NCBI GenBank assembly: GCA_965216875.1
Contig: OZ244207.1
Location: 8,128,001 to 8,192,000, forward strand
Length of the DNA: 64,000 nucleotides
Reading direction: 5' to 3'
Source of the DNA: Rubripirellula sp.
Lineage (GTDB): Bacteria > Planctomycetota > Planctomycetia > Pirellulales > Pirellulaceae
The notes under the pieces are model-generated. The model made no database searches. It had not been told where the DNA came from and saw nothing but the letters and a program-made list of their open reading frames with translations. Of the stretch, positions 1 to 9,915 are shown piece by piece. A program made the position numbers and the translations under genes. Position 1 is the stretch's first letter, and every line of letters starts with the position of its first letter.

Positions 1-118
1 GCGTCGATTGTTGAAAGAAATTCTCGCTCTTCAAACTGAAAACAGTGACCATTCCTGCAAGCACAAGCAGCAACGCACCGTAGTCGGTCGCGAGGTTCAT
101 GAGTTTCTGGCGATTCAT
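1..118 (-). CDS. rbsC: Sugar (ribose-type) ABC transporter permease, 5' part only (runs off the window)
   Basis: Manual translation gives MNRQKLMNLATDYGALLLVLAGMVTVFSLKSENFFQQST, a typical RbsC N-terminus. Its ATG overlaps the stop of the ATPase gene (ATGA). Confidence 0.75.
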   Translation of the reverse strand, partial: MNRQKLMNLATDYGALLLVLAGMVTVFSLKSENFFQQST

Positions 119-1659
119 GCCGGCCTCCGATCAAGGTAGCCGGAAAACGCCGCTTCCATCATTCGTTTTTGCGACCAATTGTCGCGCGTAAAGGTCTCGA
201 CGATCCGACCATCGGACATGACGGCGATGCGATCGCATACCTCGAGAAGTTCATCGAGATCGCTGCTGACCAAGAGGATGCCTTGGCCCTGTTCGGCCAG
301 CCCGTCGATGAGTTGGTAGATTCGACGTCGCGCCGCAACATCAATGCCGCGTGTTGGTTCATCCATTAGGAAGACTTGTGCGTCGCGAACCAGCCATTTC
401 GCGATGGCGACCTTTTGCTGGTTTCCGCCACTGAGCGTTCCGATGCTTTGTTCAATGTTCTCGCAGCGGACTTCGAGCGAGTCGCATTGCTCGCGTGTTG
501 TTTCGGACTCGGCGTTCTGGCGCGCGATTCCGAACGCAGAAAACCTCTGCCACATCGATGCGATGGTGGTGTTGAAACGAATCGGTTTTGAAAGGAGCAA
601 GCCGTTCTGTTTGCGATCTTCGGTGACCATCGCAAGCCCAGCAGAAACAGCTTGGTTGGGATGACGAAACCTTCTTGGAGACTCATCACGTTGAAAGGAG
701 ACGCCGCCTGCGCTTGCGGCGTCAGCACCAAAGATCAAACGTAGCAACTCGGTTCGCCCGGAACCAACCAGTCCGGCGATCCCGAGTTTCTCTCCACGAT
801 GCAGATCAAAAGAAACGTCATGGACTTGGCATCCACTCGAGCGAGCGTCCCCGCAGAGCCCTTCGACGCGAAAGATGACATCGTCGCGTCGGCAATACGA
901 TGTGTGCTTGGCGTGCGTAGCGGCCGATTCACCGCTCATCAATTCGACCATGCGCTGCGTCGAACAATCACCGGGATCAAAAGTGCCAACGAGTTGTCCA
1001 TCACGCAACACGGAAATCTGATCCGCAATGCGGGCCACTTCATCCAATCGGTGGCTGATATAGATGATGCCGACGCCGTCGTCTCGCAAATGATCCAACC
1101 ATTGAAAGAGCGATTCCGATTCAGCTGGGCTGAGTGCAGCGGTCGGTTCATCCAGAATCAACAAACGACATTGGCGCATCAGCGCGGCGCAGATTTCGAT
1201 CATCTGCTGCTGGCCAACGCCGAGTGATGCGACCTTGGACAGGGTTGAAATGTGAGTCAGCCCGAACCGGTCCAAGGCATCACGTGCTCGATCGTGAAGC
1301 CGCTTGGTGCTGAGGATGCCGGCTGTGTTGGGCAGGCTCGTCAGCAGCAAGTTCTCGGCAACCGTCAGCGTGTTGATGAGGTTTAACTCTTGCTGGACAA
1401 TTTCGACGCCGACCGACTCGGCATCACGTTTGCTCGCAGGTTGATAGACCCGATCGTCGAGCAGCATGCAACCTGACGAGGGTGCAACGAGCCCGGCGAT
1501 CATGCGGACAAGTGTGCTCTTCCCGGCACCGTTGGCACCCAGCAATGCATGCACTTTGCCTGGCTGAAAGCCAAGGCTGCATTGATCGACGACGGTCGCC
1601 GCGCCGTAACGTTTTGAAAGCCCCTGCAATTCAAGCAAGTTGGAACTTGTTGCGCTCAC
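115..1659 (-). CDS. rbsA: Sugar ABC transporter ATP-binding protein with two ABC domains
   Basis: Walker A GANGAGKST, LILDEPT, GLVGSGRTEL, LSGGNQQK and DEPTRGID are all present. Confidence 0.9.
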   Translation of the reverse strand: MSATSSNLLELQGLSKRYGAATVVDQCSLGFQPGKVHALLGANGAGKSTLVRMIAGLVAPSSGCMLLDDRVYQPASKRDAESVGVEIVQQELNLINTLTVAENLLLTSLPNTAGILSTKRLHDRARDALDRFGLTHISTLSKVASLGVGQQQMIEICAALMRQCRLLILDEPTAALSPAESESLFQWLDHLRDDGVGIIYISHRLDEVARIADQISVLRDGQLVGTFDPGDCSTQRMVELMSGESAATHAKHTSYCRRDDVIFRVEGLCGDARSSGCQVHDVSFDLHRGEKLGIAGLVGSGRTELLRLIFGADAASAGGVSFQRDESPRRFRHPNQAVSAGLAMVTEDRKQNGLLLSKPIRFNTTIASMWQRFSAFGIARQNAESETTREQCDSLEVRCENIEQSIGTLSGGNQQKVAIAKWLVRDAQVFLMDEPTRGIDVAARRRIYQLIDGLAEQGQGILLVSSDLDELLEVCDRIAVMSDGRIVETFTRDNWSQKRMMEAAFSGYLDRRPA

Positions 1660-2630
1660 TGCTGTAGCGTCTCCGCAGTGATCAAGTCGACGGGAGTTTC
1701 TACGTCTGCAGGAGCTGAGCCCGGTTCCGCGAGCATCTTGAGTGCCGCCTCGATTCCGAACACTGCAAGTTGGTCGCCGTGTTGGTCTGCTGTCGCGAGG
1801 ACTTTGCCTTCCTTGATTGCCGTTTGCACGGCTGAGATGTTGTCAAATCCGACGATCATCACGCTGTCGCTTTTTCCCGCACTCTTGACCGCTGCGACAG
1901 CCCCTAAGGCCATTGAGTCGTTGGCGGCAAGGATTGCTTTGGCTTGTGGGTGTTCGCTCAGCATCGAGGCAGCGATCGTGTTCGCTTTGCTCATCTCCCA
2001 TTCGGCCGATTGGCTGTCGGCGATCGTCACTCCCGCGTCATTCATTGCGACCTCGAATCCCTCACGCCGCTGCTGGCCGTTGAACGAAGTGCGGATCCCT
2101 TCCAGCACGAGGACCGAGTCGCCTTTGTTGAGCTGGTCGGCTAAGTGATCACCAACCTTTTTTGCGCCGGCTTTGTTGTCAGGGCCGACGAAGGGAATCG
2201 AAATGCCTTCCTGACTTAGCACACTGGCATCGAGTCGATTGTCGATGTTGACTACGACGACGCCCGCATTTTGAGCCTTGCGTAGTGCTGGGACGAGTGC
2301 TTTCGAATCAGCCGGTGCAATCACAATGGCGTCGACGCCACTGGCGACCATTTCGTCGACCAACGCGACTTGGCGGCTCAAGTCGCGTTCGTCCTTGATC
2401 CCATTGATTACGAGATCGTACTCGCCTGCGTTTTCCGCTTGATGCGAACGCGCTCCTTCAGCCATGGTCGAGAAAAACTCGTTAGCCAACGACTTCATGA
2501 TCAACGCAACTCGCGGCTTTGTGTCCGACGAGTCCGCGGTTTGGTTCGGCTTGTCACCGGGAGTGCTTGAGTTGCTGTTGCAGCCGACCAGGCACAGAGC
2601 AACGAACAGTAGGGATAAGTTTCGGTTCAT
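1656..2630 (-). CDS. rbsB: Sugar ABC transporter substrate-binding lipoprotein (RbsB-like)
   Basis: Lipobox LVGC; periplasmic binding protein motifs KSLANEFF, GPDN, NDSMALGA and VGFD. Confidence 0.8.
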   Translation of the reverse strand: MNRNLSLLFVALCLVGCNSNSSTPGDKPNQTADSSDTKPRVALIMKSLANEFFSTMAEGARSHQAENAGEYDLVINGIKDERDLSRQVALVDEMVASGVDAIVIAPADSKALVPALRKAQNAGVVVVNIDNRLDASVLSQEGISIPFVGPDNKAGAKKVGDHLADQLNKGDSVLVLEGIRTSFNGQQRREGFEVAMNDAGVTIADSQSAEWEMSKANTIAASMLSEHPQAKAILAANDSMALGAVAAVKSAGKSDSVMIVGFDNISAVQTAIKEGKVLATADQHGDQLAVFGIEAALKMLAEPGSAPADVETPVDLITAETLQQ

Positions 2631-2642
2631 TCTTTCTCTCGC

Positions 2643-3590
2643 TTAATTCGCACCTTCATTGTGCGTGCATTGGGCTATGATTTCGGAGCGTGTCGGAAGA
2701 CTATGCTGGGCGCCACTGCGCGATGCGGCGATAGAACCGGCCGCGTTACCAAAGCGGATCGCCGCTGACAAATCGTTGGCCTGAGCCCAGTGGACGGCCA
2801 GTGCTCCCACGAACGCATCCCCAGCGGCCGTTGCATCGATGGCATCGACGGGGAACGGTTGGACCATTTCCAACTGGTCGCCGTCAAACAGCAATGTGCC
2901 CTCGGCCCCCAAGGTGATGGCGACTGCAGCAGCGCCGCGCGCGTGCAGCTTGCGTGCAGCCGCTTCGATTTGGCTTCGAGTTTCGACGGGCTCGCCAATC
3001 AATGCTGCGGCTTCCGTCTCATTGGGACAAATCAAGTCAACGTGCAATAGCTGTTCGGGCCATTGGGGAACCGCGGGGGCCGGATCAAGGATCACGCGCG
3101 TGTCGTTAGCTTTGGCAACCTCGATGGCGAGCAGAACGGAGTCGATGGGAACTTCCAATTGCAGCAGCAAGACATCGGCAGCGGCGATCAACGATTCGTG
3201 TTGCACGACATCGCTTGGCTTCATGCAGCCGTTGGCTCCAGGGACAACAATGATCTGATTCTCGCCATCGTCAGCGACAGTAATCATTGCGACTCCCGAC
3301 GGTCCCGACGATGTCTGGATCGAATCGACACCGATGCCTTCGCGCTGTAGTCCATCGACAAGTTGACCGCCATAGAGGTCACTACCAACGCGGCCAATCA
3401 TCGAAACGGTTGCGCCCGCGCGGCTGGCAGCCACCGCTTGGTTGGCCCCTTTTCCGCCAGGGATTTCCGCAAACGAGGTTGCCGTCAGTGTTTGCCCGGG
3501 TAATGGCAAAGATTGACAACAGGCAACAAGATCGATGTTGATCGAACCAAGCACTACGATGTTGACGACTTCGTCCTGGTTCTCCATCAC
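2643..3590 (-). CDS. rbsK: Ribokinase
   Basis: GSINIDL, PGGKGANQAVAA, PNETEA and the PfkB motif DATAAGDAF. Confidence 0.92.
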   Translation of the reverse strand: MMENQDEVVNIVVLGSINIDLVACCQSLPLPGQTLTATSFAEIPGGKGANQAVAASRAGATVSMIGRVGSDLYGGQLVDGLQREGIGVDSIQTSSGPSGVAMITVADDGENQIIVVPGANGCMKPSDVVQHESLIAAADVLLLQLEVPIDSVLLAIEVAKANDTRVILDPAPAVPQWPEQLLHVDLICPNETEAAALIGEPVETRSQIEAAARKLHARGAAAVAITLGAEGTLLFDGDQLEMVQPFPVDAIDATAAGDAFVGALAVHWAQANDLSAAIRFGNAAGSIAASRSGAQHSLPTRSEIIAQCTHNEGAN

Positions 3591-4645
3591 TGCTCCGAAT
3601 TGGTGGCCAGGTTGGGCGGTTGGCTCGATAATTGAACCAGCGATTCGGTCGTTCTCGGTTTTTGTTCGTCTCGAATGATCAGGTATTGATCGCGTCCTTT
3701 GTCGATGGCTTCGAATGTGGTCAAGCCGTCATCGGCAACATGAACACGGCCGGGCGAGGAGAGGTCAAAGTAGGATCGGTCGGGGCGTATTGCGTACAAG
3801 ACCGATGTCAGGTCCCAGGTGGGGCGGTCGTGAGGCGGCGGGTTGTACAGCGTGTAGGCTTCGGCGAGTGGGTGATGTTCGACGTAGCGATAGTCTTTCA
3901 AAATGCTCTGGTGCGGGTAGGTCAAGTTCTTTCCGATTTCAAACCCGCTCCAAACGATCGGCGTCGGCCAGTTTGCAGTGATGTACTTTGCGGACGGAAT
4001 GTCCTTGATGATGTTGTATTCCTTGTGGTCGTAGAGATGCCCCGTGTCCCCGCGGATCTGACGAAAGGCACCCGCCATGATGGAAAGGAGTCGCACCTTC
4101 TTTTTGACCAACGCCGCTCCGCTCAGGGGACTGTGATCGTCACCGCCCGACTTCAAGAGGTTTGCGAGGTTGGTTGAAAAACCAACCTGTGCAATCACCA
4201 CCGCGCCGTCGTCGGCCGCAGCAAGTGTTTGTCGGAGCACGTCAACGGCGTCGGGAGCATCCTCGCCCGATTTCAAATCGTGTGGGTAGCGGAGTTCGCC
4301 TTGGTCTTGTTTGATTGCAAGTCCGTTGAATTTTCCCTCGTGCGGAGTCACCCCACTACGACACACGCCGACGGGAATGGATCCGCGTCCGTAAAACGTG
4401 TTCACCGCATCGGCAAAGGGCGCGGCATATTCGTGATCTTTGGTAATCGTCACCGCCAACAGTTCACATTCGCCTCGAGATTGCAATGCGTGAATCATGC
4501 CAAGGGCTAAGACGTCGTCACAATCATTGCCAATGTCGGTGTCGAAAATGATCGGAACCGGCGCGCCGTCTTCGGCCATGGTCGGCGGTGCATTGAAAGC
4601 CATGAGCAACAACGCGACGAGGGAAAGCCAGTGGTGCGTTTTCAT
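3587..4645 (-). CDS. Nucleoside hydrolase (IU-NH family) with signal peptide
   Basis: Asp-rich Ca-binding motif IIFDTDIGNDCDD, plus EYNI and TWD motifs; hydrophobic N-terminal signal. Confidence 0.85.
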   Translation of the reverse strand: MKTHHWLSLVALLLMAFNAPPTMAEDGAPVPIIFDTDIGNDCDDVLALGMIHALQSRGECELLAVTITKDHEYAAPFADAVNTFYGRGSIPVGVCRSGVTPHEGKFNGLAIKQDQGELRYPHDLKSGEDAPDAVDVLRQTLAAADDGAVVIAQVGFSTNLANLLKSGGDDHSPLSGAALVKKKVRLLSIMAGAFRQIRGDTGHLYDHKEYNIIKDIPSAKYITANWPTPIVWSGFEIGKNLTYPHQSILKDYRYVEHHPLAEAYTLYNPPPHDRPTWDLTSVLYAIRPDRSYFDLSSPGRVHVADDGLTTFEAIDKGRDQYLIIRDEQKPRTTESLVQLSSQPPNLATNSEQ

Positions 4646-4678
4646 CGATGGTGATCTCCTGGTGCCAGTCCAATCCGG

Positions 4679-5710
4679 CTAGCGTGGTGGTTTGCCAATC
4701 GAATCTCGGTGTCGTACATCGACACCGATCTCGTGAAGGCGTTTACGTGAGGCTCGGCCGCCCTGCAGCTGTTTGAGAATGAGTTCGGCGGCGCGTTGCC
4801 CGAGCGATTCGACGTCTTGGGCGACGGTCGAAATCGGAACCTGCATCAAGTCGGCGAATGGTGAATCGTCAAATGCGACAATGGATAGATCGTCGGGCAC
4901 ACTCCGCCCCGCTTCGGTTGCGGCTCGCAACGCGCCGAATGCGTTGGGCATGCTAAACGCAAAGAGAGCGGTCAGTTCGGGATGCTCATCAAGCAGTTGT
5001 GAGGCCGAGGCGTAGCCTGATTCAGCGGTGAAGTTGTCGCCACGAATGAAATCAGGATTCAGTGACTCGCCGACACGTTCCAGCGCATCGCGAACACCGC
5101 AGAGCCTCGCTTCGTTGGGGAGCGTTCCGGGGAGTCCCTGCAGCACACCGATCTGGCGATGCCCTTGAGCCGTCAACAATCGCATCGCTTTTTGTGCGCC
5201 TGCCTCATGCTTTGACGTCACCTGCAAGAAATCGGATGACGGAAATGTTCGATCAACCAGCACCATCGTGGCACCTGATTGTTCGGCCTGTTTGAGGTGT
5301 TCCTGTTCGACTCCGACAGGACAGATGACGATCGCTTCCACTTCGCGAGCAATCAACTCGGAAAGCAACTTTGCCTCGCGCTGCGTTTCCTCTCGACTGT
5401 CAGCCAGCAGTACTGAATAGCCCGCAGCCTCCGTCGCCAAGGTGACTTCGCGCGCGATTGCGGAAAAGAAGGGGTTCGAAACATCGGGGACAACGATCCC
5501 GATCAAACCGGTCTTCTGCAGCCGAAGTGATCGGGCCACCCGACTTGGCCGAAATCCAAGTCGCTCCGCCGCAGCCCGGACGGTGGTGGCGGTTTCCTCG
5601 CTAATTCGGTACGCCTCGGCTTGGCCATTGAGTGAACGCGAGGCGGTTGAAACGCTCACGCCGGCGGCTGTAGCGACGTCGTTTAAGGTGACTCGGGTGG
5701 CTGCGGTCAT
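4679..5710 (-). CDS. LacI-family transcriptional regulator
   Basis: HTH TLNDVATAAGVSVSTASRSLN and C-terminal VPDDLSIVAFDD. Start placed at MTAATRV (5710) rather than the ORF-track start. Confidence 0.92.
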   Translation of the reverse strand: MTAATRVTLNDVATAAGVSVSTASRSLNGQAEAYRISEETATTVRAAAERLGFRPSRVARSLRLQKTGLIGIVVPDVSNPFFSAIAREVTLATEAAGYSVLLADSREETQREAKLLSELIAREVEAIVICPVGVEQEHLKQAEQSGATMVLVDRTFPSSDFLQVTSKHEAGAQKAMRLLTAQGHRQIGVLQGLPGTLPNEARLCGVRDALERVGESLNPDFIRGDNFTAESGYASASQLLDEHPELTALFAFSMPNAFGALRAATEAGRSVPDDLSIVAFDDSPFADLMQVPISTVAQDVESLGQRAAELILKQLQGGRASRKRLHEIGVDVRHRDSIGKPPR

Positions 5711-5733
5711 CGCTTGTTCAGTAAAAAACACGT

Positions 5734-5751
5734 TGCACAATCGTTTGTGCA
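5734..5751. promoter_or_regulatory. Candidate LacI-family operator
   Basis: TGCACAATCGTTTGTGCA is an 18-bp palindrome with a central CG and one mismatched pair, 23 bp upstream of the LacI start. Confidence 0.7.
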
Positions 5752-6072
5752 TCGTATTCGACGGAGGTTTGGCTTTCAACCCTGCTGCCGATCGCTAGGC
5801 GGCCGAGAGGACGTTTTGCTTCCTGAAATGCATTTGCGGCAACGGAAACGGCTCGCTTCGATCGTCAAGGACGTTACAAACAATCAACGCGGAAAAAACA
5901 GTGAAGGCAATCGTTGCGACGCCTCAGATCGGGTACTGAAACAGAGCCAAACAAGCTCTATAATGAACGTCTGTCGACAAGTCTCGAAGACGAATGGCCG
6001 CTCTTGGTTTTTGAGCGGGTATCTCGCCGGGTTCGAGCGCAGAAGAGCCTCCCGCCTTTAGAAACACGGCCA

Positions 6073-6345
6073 ATGTCCACTTCCCAACGCTGTGCGAACC
6101 TGATCTTGGACGAAACCTTTTTGGAGGTGCGTGCCAAACTCTTGGAGGTTGCTGCGACACTCGATCGGATTGACCGGTCATCCGATGAGGGCCAGCCGCT
6201 CGACGATGCATCGGGCAAACGCCGCGCGAAGCTGGACGATGCGATTCGGATTCTGCTTAGTGAAGGACCCGACCGAGCGGAACGACTGCAAAAACTCTTC
6301 TCGCGAGAGTATGAGCCCGAGTGGCGAACAACGATGAACCTTTAG
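6073..6345 (+). CDS. Small hypothetical helical protein (90 aa)
   Basis: ORF MSTSQRCANLILDETFLEVRAKLLEVAATLDRIDR..., protein-like and co-oriented with the downstream hydrolase. Confidence 0.7.
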   Translation: MSTSQRCANLILDETFLEVRAKLLEVAATLDRIDRSSDEGQPLDDASGKRRAKLDDAIRILLSEGPDRAERLQKLFSREYEPEWRTTMNL

Positions 6346-6400
6346 TCATCACCCGTCGAATTTTTAGACCACCAAACCTTGCGCCACCGATTGAGCTGTC

Positions 6401-7234
6401 ATGGACTACATCGATCCCCACATTCACATGGTTTCTCGAATCACGGACGACTATGCGACGCTTGCTCGCATGGGGTGCGTTGCGATGAGCGAGCCAGCGT
6501 TCTGGGCAGGTTTTGATCGCGGGAGCGTTGACGGGTTTCGTGACTACTTCCACCAGTTGACTGATGTCGAACCCAAACGTGCCGCTCAGTACGGCATTCA
6601 GCACTTCACTTGGCTTTGCATCAACGCCAAGGAAGCTGAAAACGTGTCGCTGTCGCGCGAAGTGATCGCGATGATTCCTGAGTTTCTCGATAAGCCCAAT
6701 GTGTTGGGTATCGGTGAGATCGGTCTGAACAAGAATACGAAGAACGAAGCGACGGTCTTTCTCGAGCACGTCGATCTTGCGGTCAAGTACGACCAATCAA
6801 TCTTGATTCATACTCCGCATCTCGAAGACAAGTTCCAGGGGACGAAGATGATCCTGGACATGTTGTGTGACGACTCGCGGATCGATCGTGGCCGCGTGCT
6901 TGTCGATCACGTCGAAGAACACACGATCGCCGAAGTGCTTGATCGCGGTTTCTGGGCCGGAATGACTCTTTATCCGGTCACCAAGTGCACGCCCGAAAGA
7001 GCTGTCGACATGATCGAAGCCACCAATGGGGAGAGATTGCTCGCCAATTCGGCCGGGGATTGGGGGCCAAGCAAGCCGACAGCCGTGCCGGATTTGATTT
7101 TCGAAATGCGTCGTCGCGGCCACAGCGAATCGCTGATCCGGAAAGTGGTCTACGAGAATCCGATCGAATTCTTCTCGCAGAGCAAGAATTTTCATTTCAC
7201 GCCAAGAGATGCGGGGCTGGAACCAGCAAACTAG
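6401..7234 (+). CDS. TatD-family metal-dependent hydrolase (EboB-like)
   Basis: IDPHIH, EPAFW, GIGEIG, IHTPH and VDHVEE motifs. Confidence 0.85.
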   Translation: MDYIDPHIHMVSRITDDYATLARMGCVAMSEPAFWAGFDRGSVDGFRDYFHQLTDVEPKRAAQYGIQHFTWLCINAKEAENVSLSREVIAMIPEFLDKPNVLGIGEIGLNKNTKNEATVFLEHVDLAVKYDQSILIHTPHLEDKFQGTKMILDMLCDDSRIDRGRVLVDHVEEHTIAEVLDRGFWAGMTLYPVTKCTPERAVDMIEATNGERLLANSAGDWGPSKPTAVPDLIFEMRRRGHSESLIRKVVYENPIEFFSQSKNFHFTPRDAGLEPAN

Positions 7235-7245
7235 CAAAAACTCTA

Positions 7246-7317
7246 TGAGCCGTACGCGCTAGCGTCGGGCCTTGCACTCCTTTTCATCTCGTAGGGCCCG
7301 ACGCTAGCGCGTTCGGC
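7246..7317. repeat. REP-like inverted repeat, family A (TGAGCCG-ACGCGCTAGCGTCGGGCC)
   Basis: Inverted arms of about 23 bp. The same unit recurs at 9821, 16206 and 16352, and degenerately near 20683. Confidence 0.8.
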
Positions 7318-7470
7318 AAGACACAGCCTGGAAAAAAGGTGCGTGCAAGCGCACACACTACCTGTTTGCATCTCCGGGGCTTCTCTGAACTTCGACTTCG
7401 GTCGATTCGCCGCGTTTGCTAGACTGCGGGCCAATGTGGGCAGCCCAATTGGCCATGATGGCACGGATTA

Positions 7471-9660
7471 ATGAGTCAAGACTCCGACCAAGGAAATCGC
7501 TTCGGAACCTTTGCCGGGGTCTTCACGCCATGCGTGTTGACGATCCTCGGCGTGATCATGTTCTTGAGGTTTGGGTACGTCGTCGGTCAGGCTGGCGTGA
7601 TGGCAACGATCTTGATCGTGCTTGCCAGTAAGATCATCACCACGCTCACCTCATTATCACTCTCGGCGATCGCAACCAACACACGCGTCGAAGGTGGTGG
7701 TGCCTACTTTCTGATCAGCCGAAGTCTGGGGCCGGAGTTTGGCGGTGCGATTGGGTTGCTGTTCTTTGCTGCTCAAGCGTTATCGGTCGCACTTTACGTG
7801 ATCGGTTTTACTGAGGCGCTTGTCCAATACTTGCCTGACGGAACATCGCCCGTTCTCGTCGCGACGCTGACCAACATTGCGGTCTTTGCATGTGTCGCCG
7901 TGGGAGCCGGTTGGACGATCAAGATTCAATTTGTCATCTTGGCAACGGTCATCGTTTCGTTGGTGTCGTTTTACCTTGGCGCAATCCAATCGTTCGACTT
8001 CAACTTGCTTGCCGTCAATATGGAGTCGGGATATCGCGAAGGTGTCGACTTCTGGATGATGTTCGCGCTCTTTTTCCCTGCGGTGACGGGCATCATGGCG
8101 GGGGCAAATATGTCAGGCGATCTCAAAGAACCGGCACGTGCGATTCCGACCGGCACGCTGATGGCCGTTTTTGTGACCGGGATCGTTTACCTCAGCCAGG
8201 CGGTGATGTTGGGTGGATCGCGGACGCGCAGCGATCTGATCGATGACTCGTTGATCATCGAAGACATCGCATTGCTCCCGGCGTTGATTGTTGCAGGTGT
8301 TTTTGCCGCGACCCTTTCATCCGCGCTCGGCAGCATGATGGGCGCTCCGCGTATTCTGCAGTCGCTAGCACGCGATCGCCTGTTCAAATCGCTCACGTTG
8401 TTTGGTGCCCAGTCGGGTCGAAACCGCGAACCGCGTCGTGCGATCCTCGCGACCTTTATGATTTCGCAAGCCGGTATCTTTCTAGCGGACCTGAACACGA
8501 TCGCCCCTCTGATCACGATGGCCTTCCTGGTCACGTATGGTCTTCTCAATCTTGCGACATTCTACGAAGCGATCACAAAAAACCCGAGTTATCGGCCGCA
8601 ATTCAAGTTTTGTCATTGGTCCACCTCGCTCGCCGGTGCGATCGGGTGTGGCATCGTGATGATGTTGATCGATTGGCGTTGGGCGCTGGCTGCATCAGGA
8701 ATTGTCGGCGCGATGCACTGGTACCTTTCGCGGATCAAGTTGTCGGCCGGATGGGGCAATTTGCAAAGTGGCTACCTGTTCGAAAAGACACGCCGCAATC
8801 TGTTGCGGCTTGAGGACGAACTGTACCACCCCAAGAATTGGCGTCCTTTTGTTCTGGCGCTGAGCGGCACGGGATTCAGTCGTCTTTACCTGGTTGTGTT
8901 CGGAAGCTGGTTAACGTCCGACACTGGGATTCTGGCTCTGGGGCAAGTCATTCCTGGCGAACTTGATGATCGCAACGAGCGACGCGTGTCGCAGGAAAAG
9001 ATTTTGCACAACATGATCAAAGAGCGATCGCTCAGTGCCTTTCCCGCGGTGGTCGTTTCGTCGGATTATGTGACGGGCGTCGAAGCGCTTGTGCAGTGTC
9101 AGGGACTGGGACGTTTGCGTCCCAATATTGTGCTGTTGGGATGCCCGCTTTCGGCCGATCGAATGCGCGTCTTTGCAAAACTGCTCCGCAACCTCGATGG
9201 GCTTGGCCGCAGTGTTGTGATCCTCCGACGCAATGACGATCCCGACGACGAGTGGTCGGCGCCAAGCGGGACGGTCGATGTTTGGTGGCGCGGTCGTGCC
9301 AACGGCGAACTCATGGTGTTGCTCGCCCATTTGGTTCTCAATCATCCGCAGTGGCAAGGGCGTCGTTTGCGACTGTTGCGCGTCGTTGACAACGAAGCCG
9401 GAATGGATGAGGTGAACGCCCACCTGCAAAACCTCTTGAAGGAAGCTCGCATCAAAGGGACGACCAAAGTGGTGGTGTCCAACGATCCAGCGACCGCGAT
9501 TCAGACAACCAGTCGCGATGCTGCCTTCGTTTTTCTCGGTTACCAAACGCCGGCACCTAATCAGGAAGACGAGTTCTTTGAACGAACCGAACGTCTGATT
9601 GGAGGCCTGCCACGCGTTGCACTGGTCCGAAGCGCGGGTGGAATGCGTTTGGAATCGTAG
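7471..9660 (+). CDS. Cation-chloride cotransporter (SLC12-like) / amino acid permease
   Basis: FGTFAGVFTP..LTILGVIMFLR, GGGAYFLISRSLGPEFGGAIG, FFPAVTGIMAGANMSGDL, KNWRP and DVWW, with a cytoplasmic C-terminal domain. Confidence 0.88.
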   Translation: MSQDSDQGNRFGTFAGVFTPCVLTILGVIMFLRFGYVVGQAGVMATILIVLASKIITTLTSLSLSAIATNTRVEGGGAYFLISRSLGPEFGGAIGLLFFAAQALSVALYVIGFTEALVQYLPDGTSPVLVATLTNIAVFACVAVGAGWTIKIQFVILATVIVSLVSFYLGAIQSFDFNLLAVNMESGYREGVDFWMMFALFFPAVTGIMAGANMSGDLKEPARAIPTGTLMAVFVTGIVYLSQAVMLGGSRTRSDLIDDSLIIEDIALLPALIVAGVFAATLSSALGSMMGAPRILQSLARDRLFKSLTLFGAQSGRNREPRRAILATFMISQAGIFLADLNTIAPLITMAFLVTYGLLNLATFYEAITKNPSYRPQFKFCHWSTSLAGAIGCGIVMMLIDWRWALAASGIVGAMHWYLSRIKLSAGWGNLQSGYLFEKTRRNLLRLEDELYHPKNWRPFVLALSGTGFSRLYLVVFGSWLTSDTGILALGQVIPGELDDRNERRVSQEKILHNMIKERSLSAFPAVVVSSDYVTGVEALVQCQGLGRLRPNIVLLGCPLSADRMRVFAKLLRNLDGLGRSVVILRRNDDPDDEWSAPSGTVDVWWRGRANGELMVLLAHLVLNHPQWQGRRLRLLRVVDNEAGMDEVNAHLQNLLKEARIKGTTKVVVSNDPATAIQTTSRDAAFVFLGYQTPAPNQEDEFFERTERLIGGLPRVALVRSAGGMRLES

Positions 9661-9663
9661 AGG

Positions 9664-9778
9664 GGAGCGAGGGCGTTCAAAAGTCGCCTTTCGCTCCTAC
9701 GTTAGGATTTTTGAATGTCGCCTTTCGCTCCGCGAAAGTTGCGTTTGCGTGCGCTACTTTCGCGGAGCGAAAGGCGAC
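9664..9778. repeat. REP-like inverted repeats, family B (GTCGCCTTTCGCTCCGCGAAAGT)
   Basis: Perfect 23-bp inverted repeat at 9717-9778 and a short related hairpin at 9664-9697. Another copy lies at 23429-23490. Confidence 0.8.
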
Positions 9779-9820
9779 GATGTTGAAGCTCGGATGACGC
9801 GAAACCACAAATGCTCTATG

Positions 9821-9900
9821 TGAGCCGAACGCGCTTGTAGCGTCGGGCCTTGCACTCTTTTTCGCGCAAGGAGCCCGATCGCTCACGCGATCACGGCTCA
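9821..9900. repeat. REP-like inverted repeat, family A
   Basis: TGAGCCGAACGCGC...GCGTCGGGCC...GCCCGATCGC...CGGCTCA, lying between convergent genes. Confidence 0.75.
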
Positions 9901-9915
9901 GCGCAGGCGTCTGGT

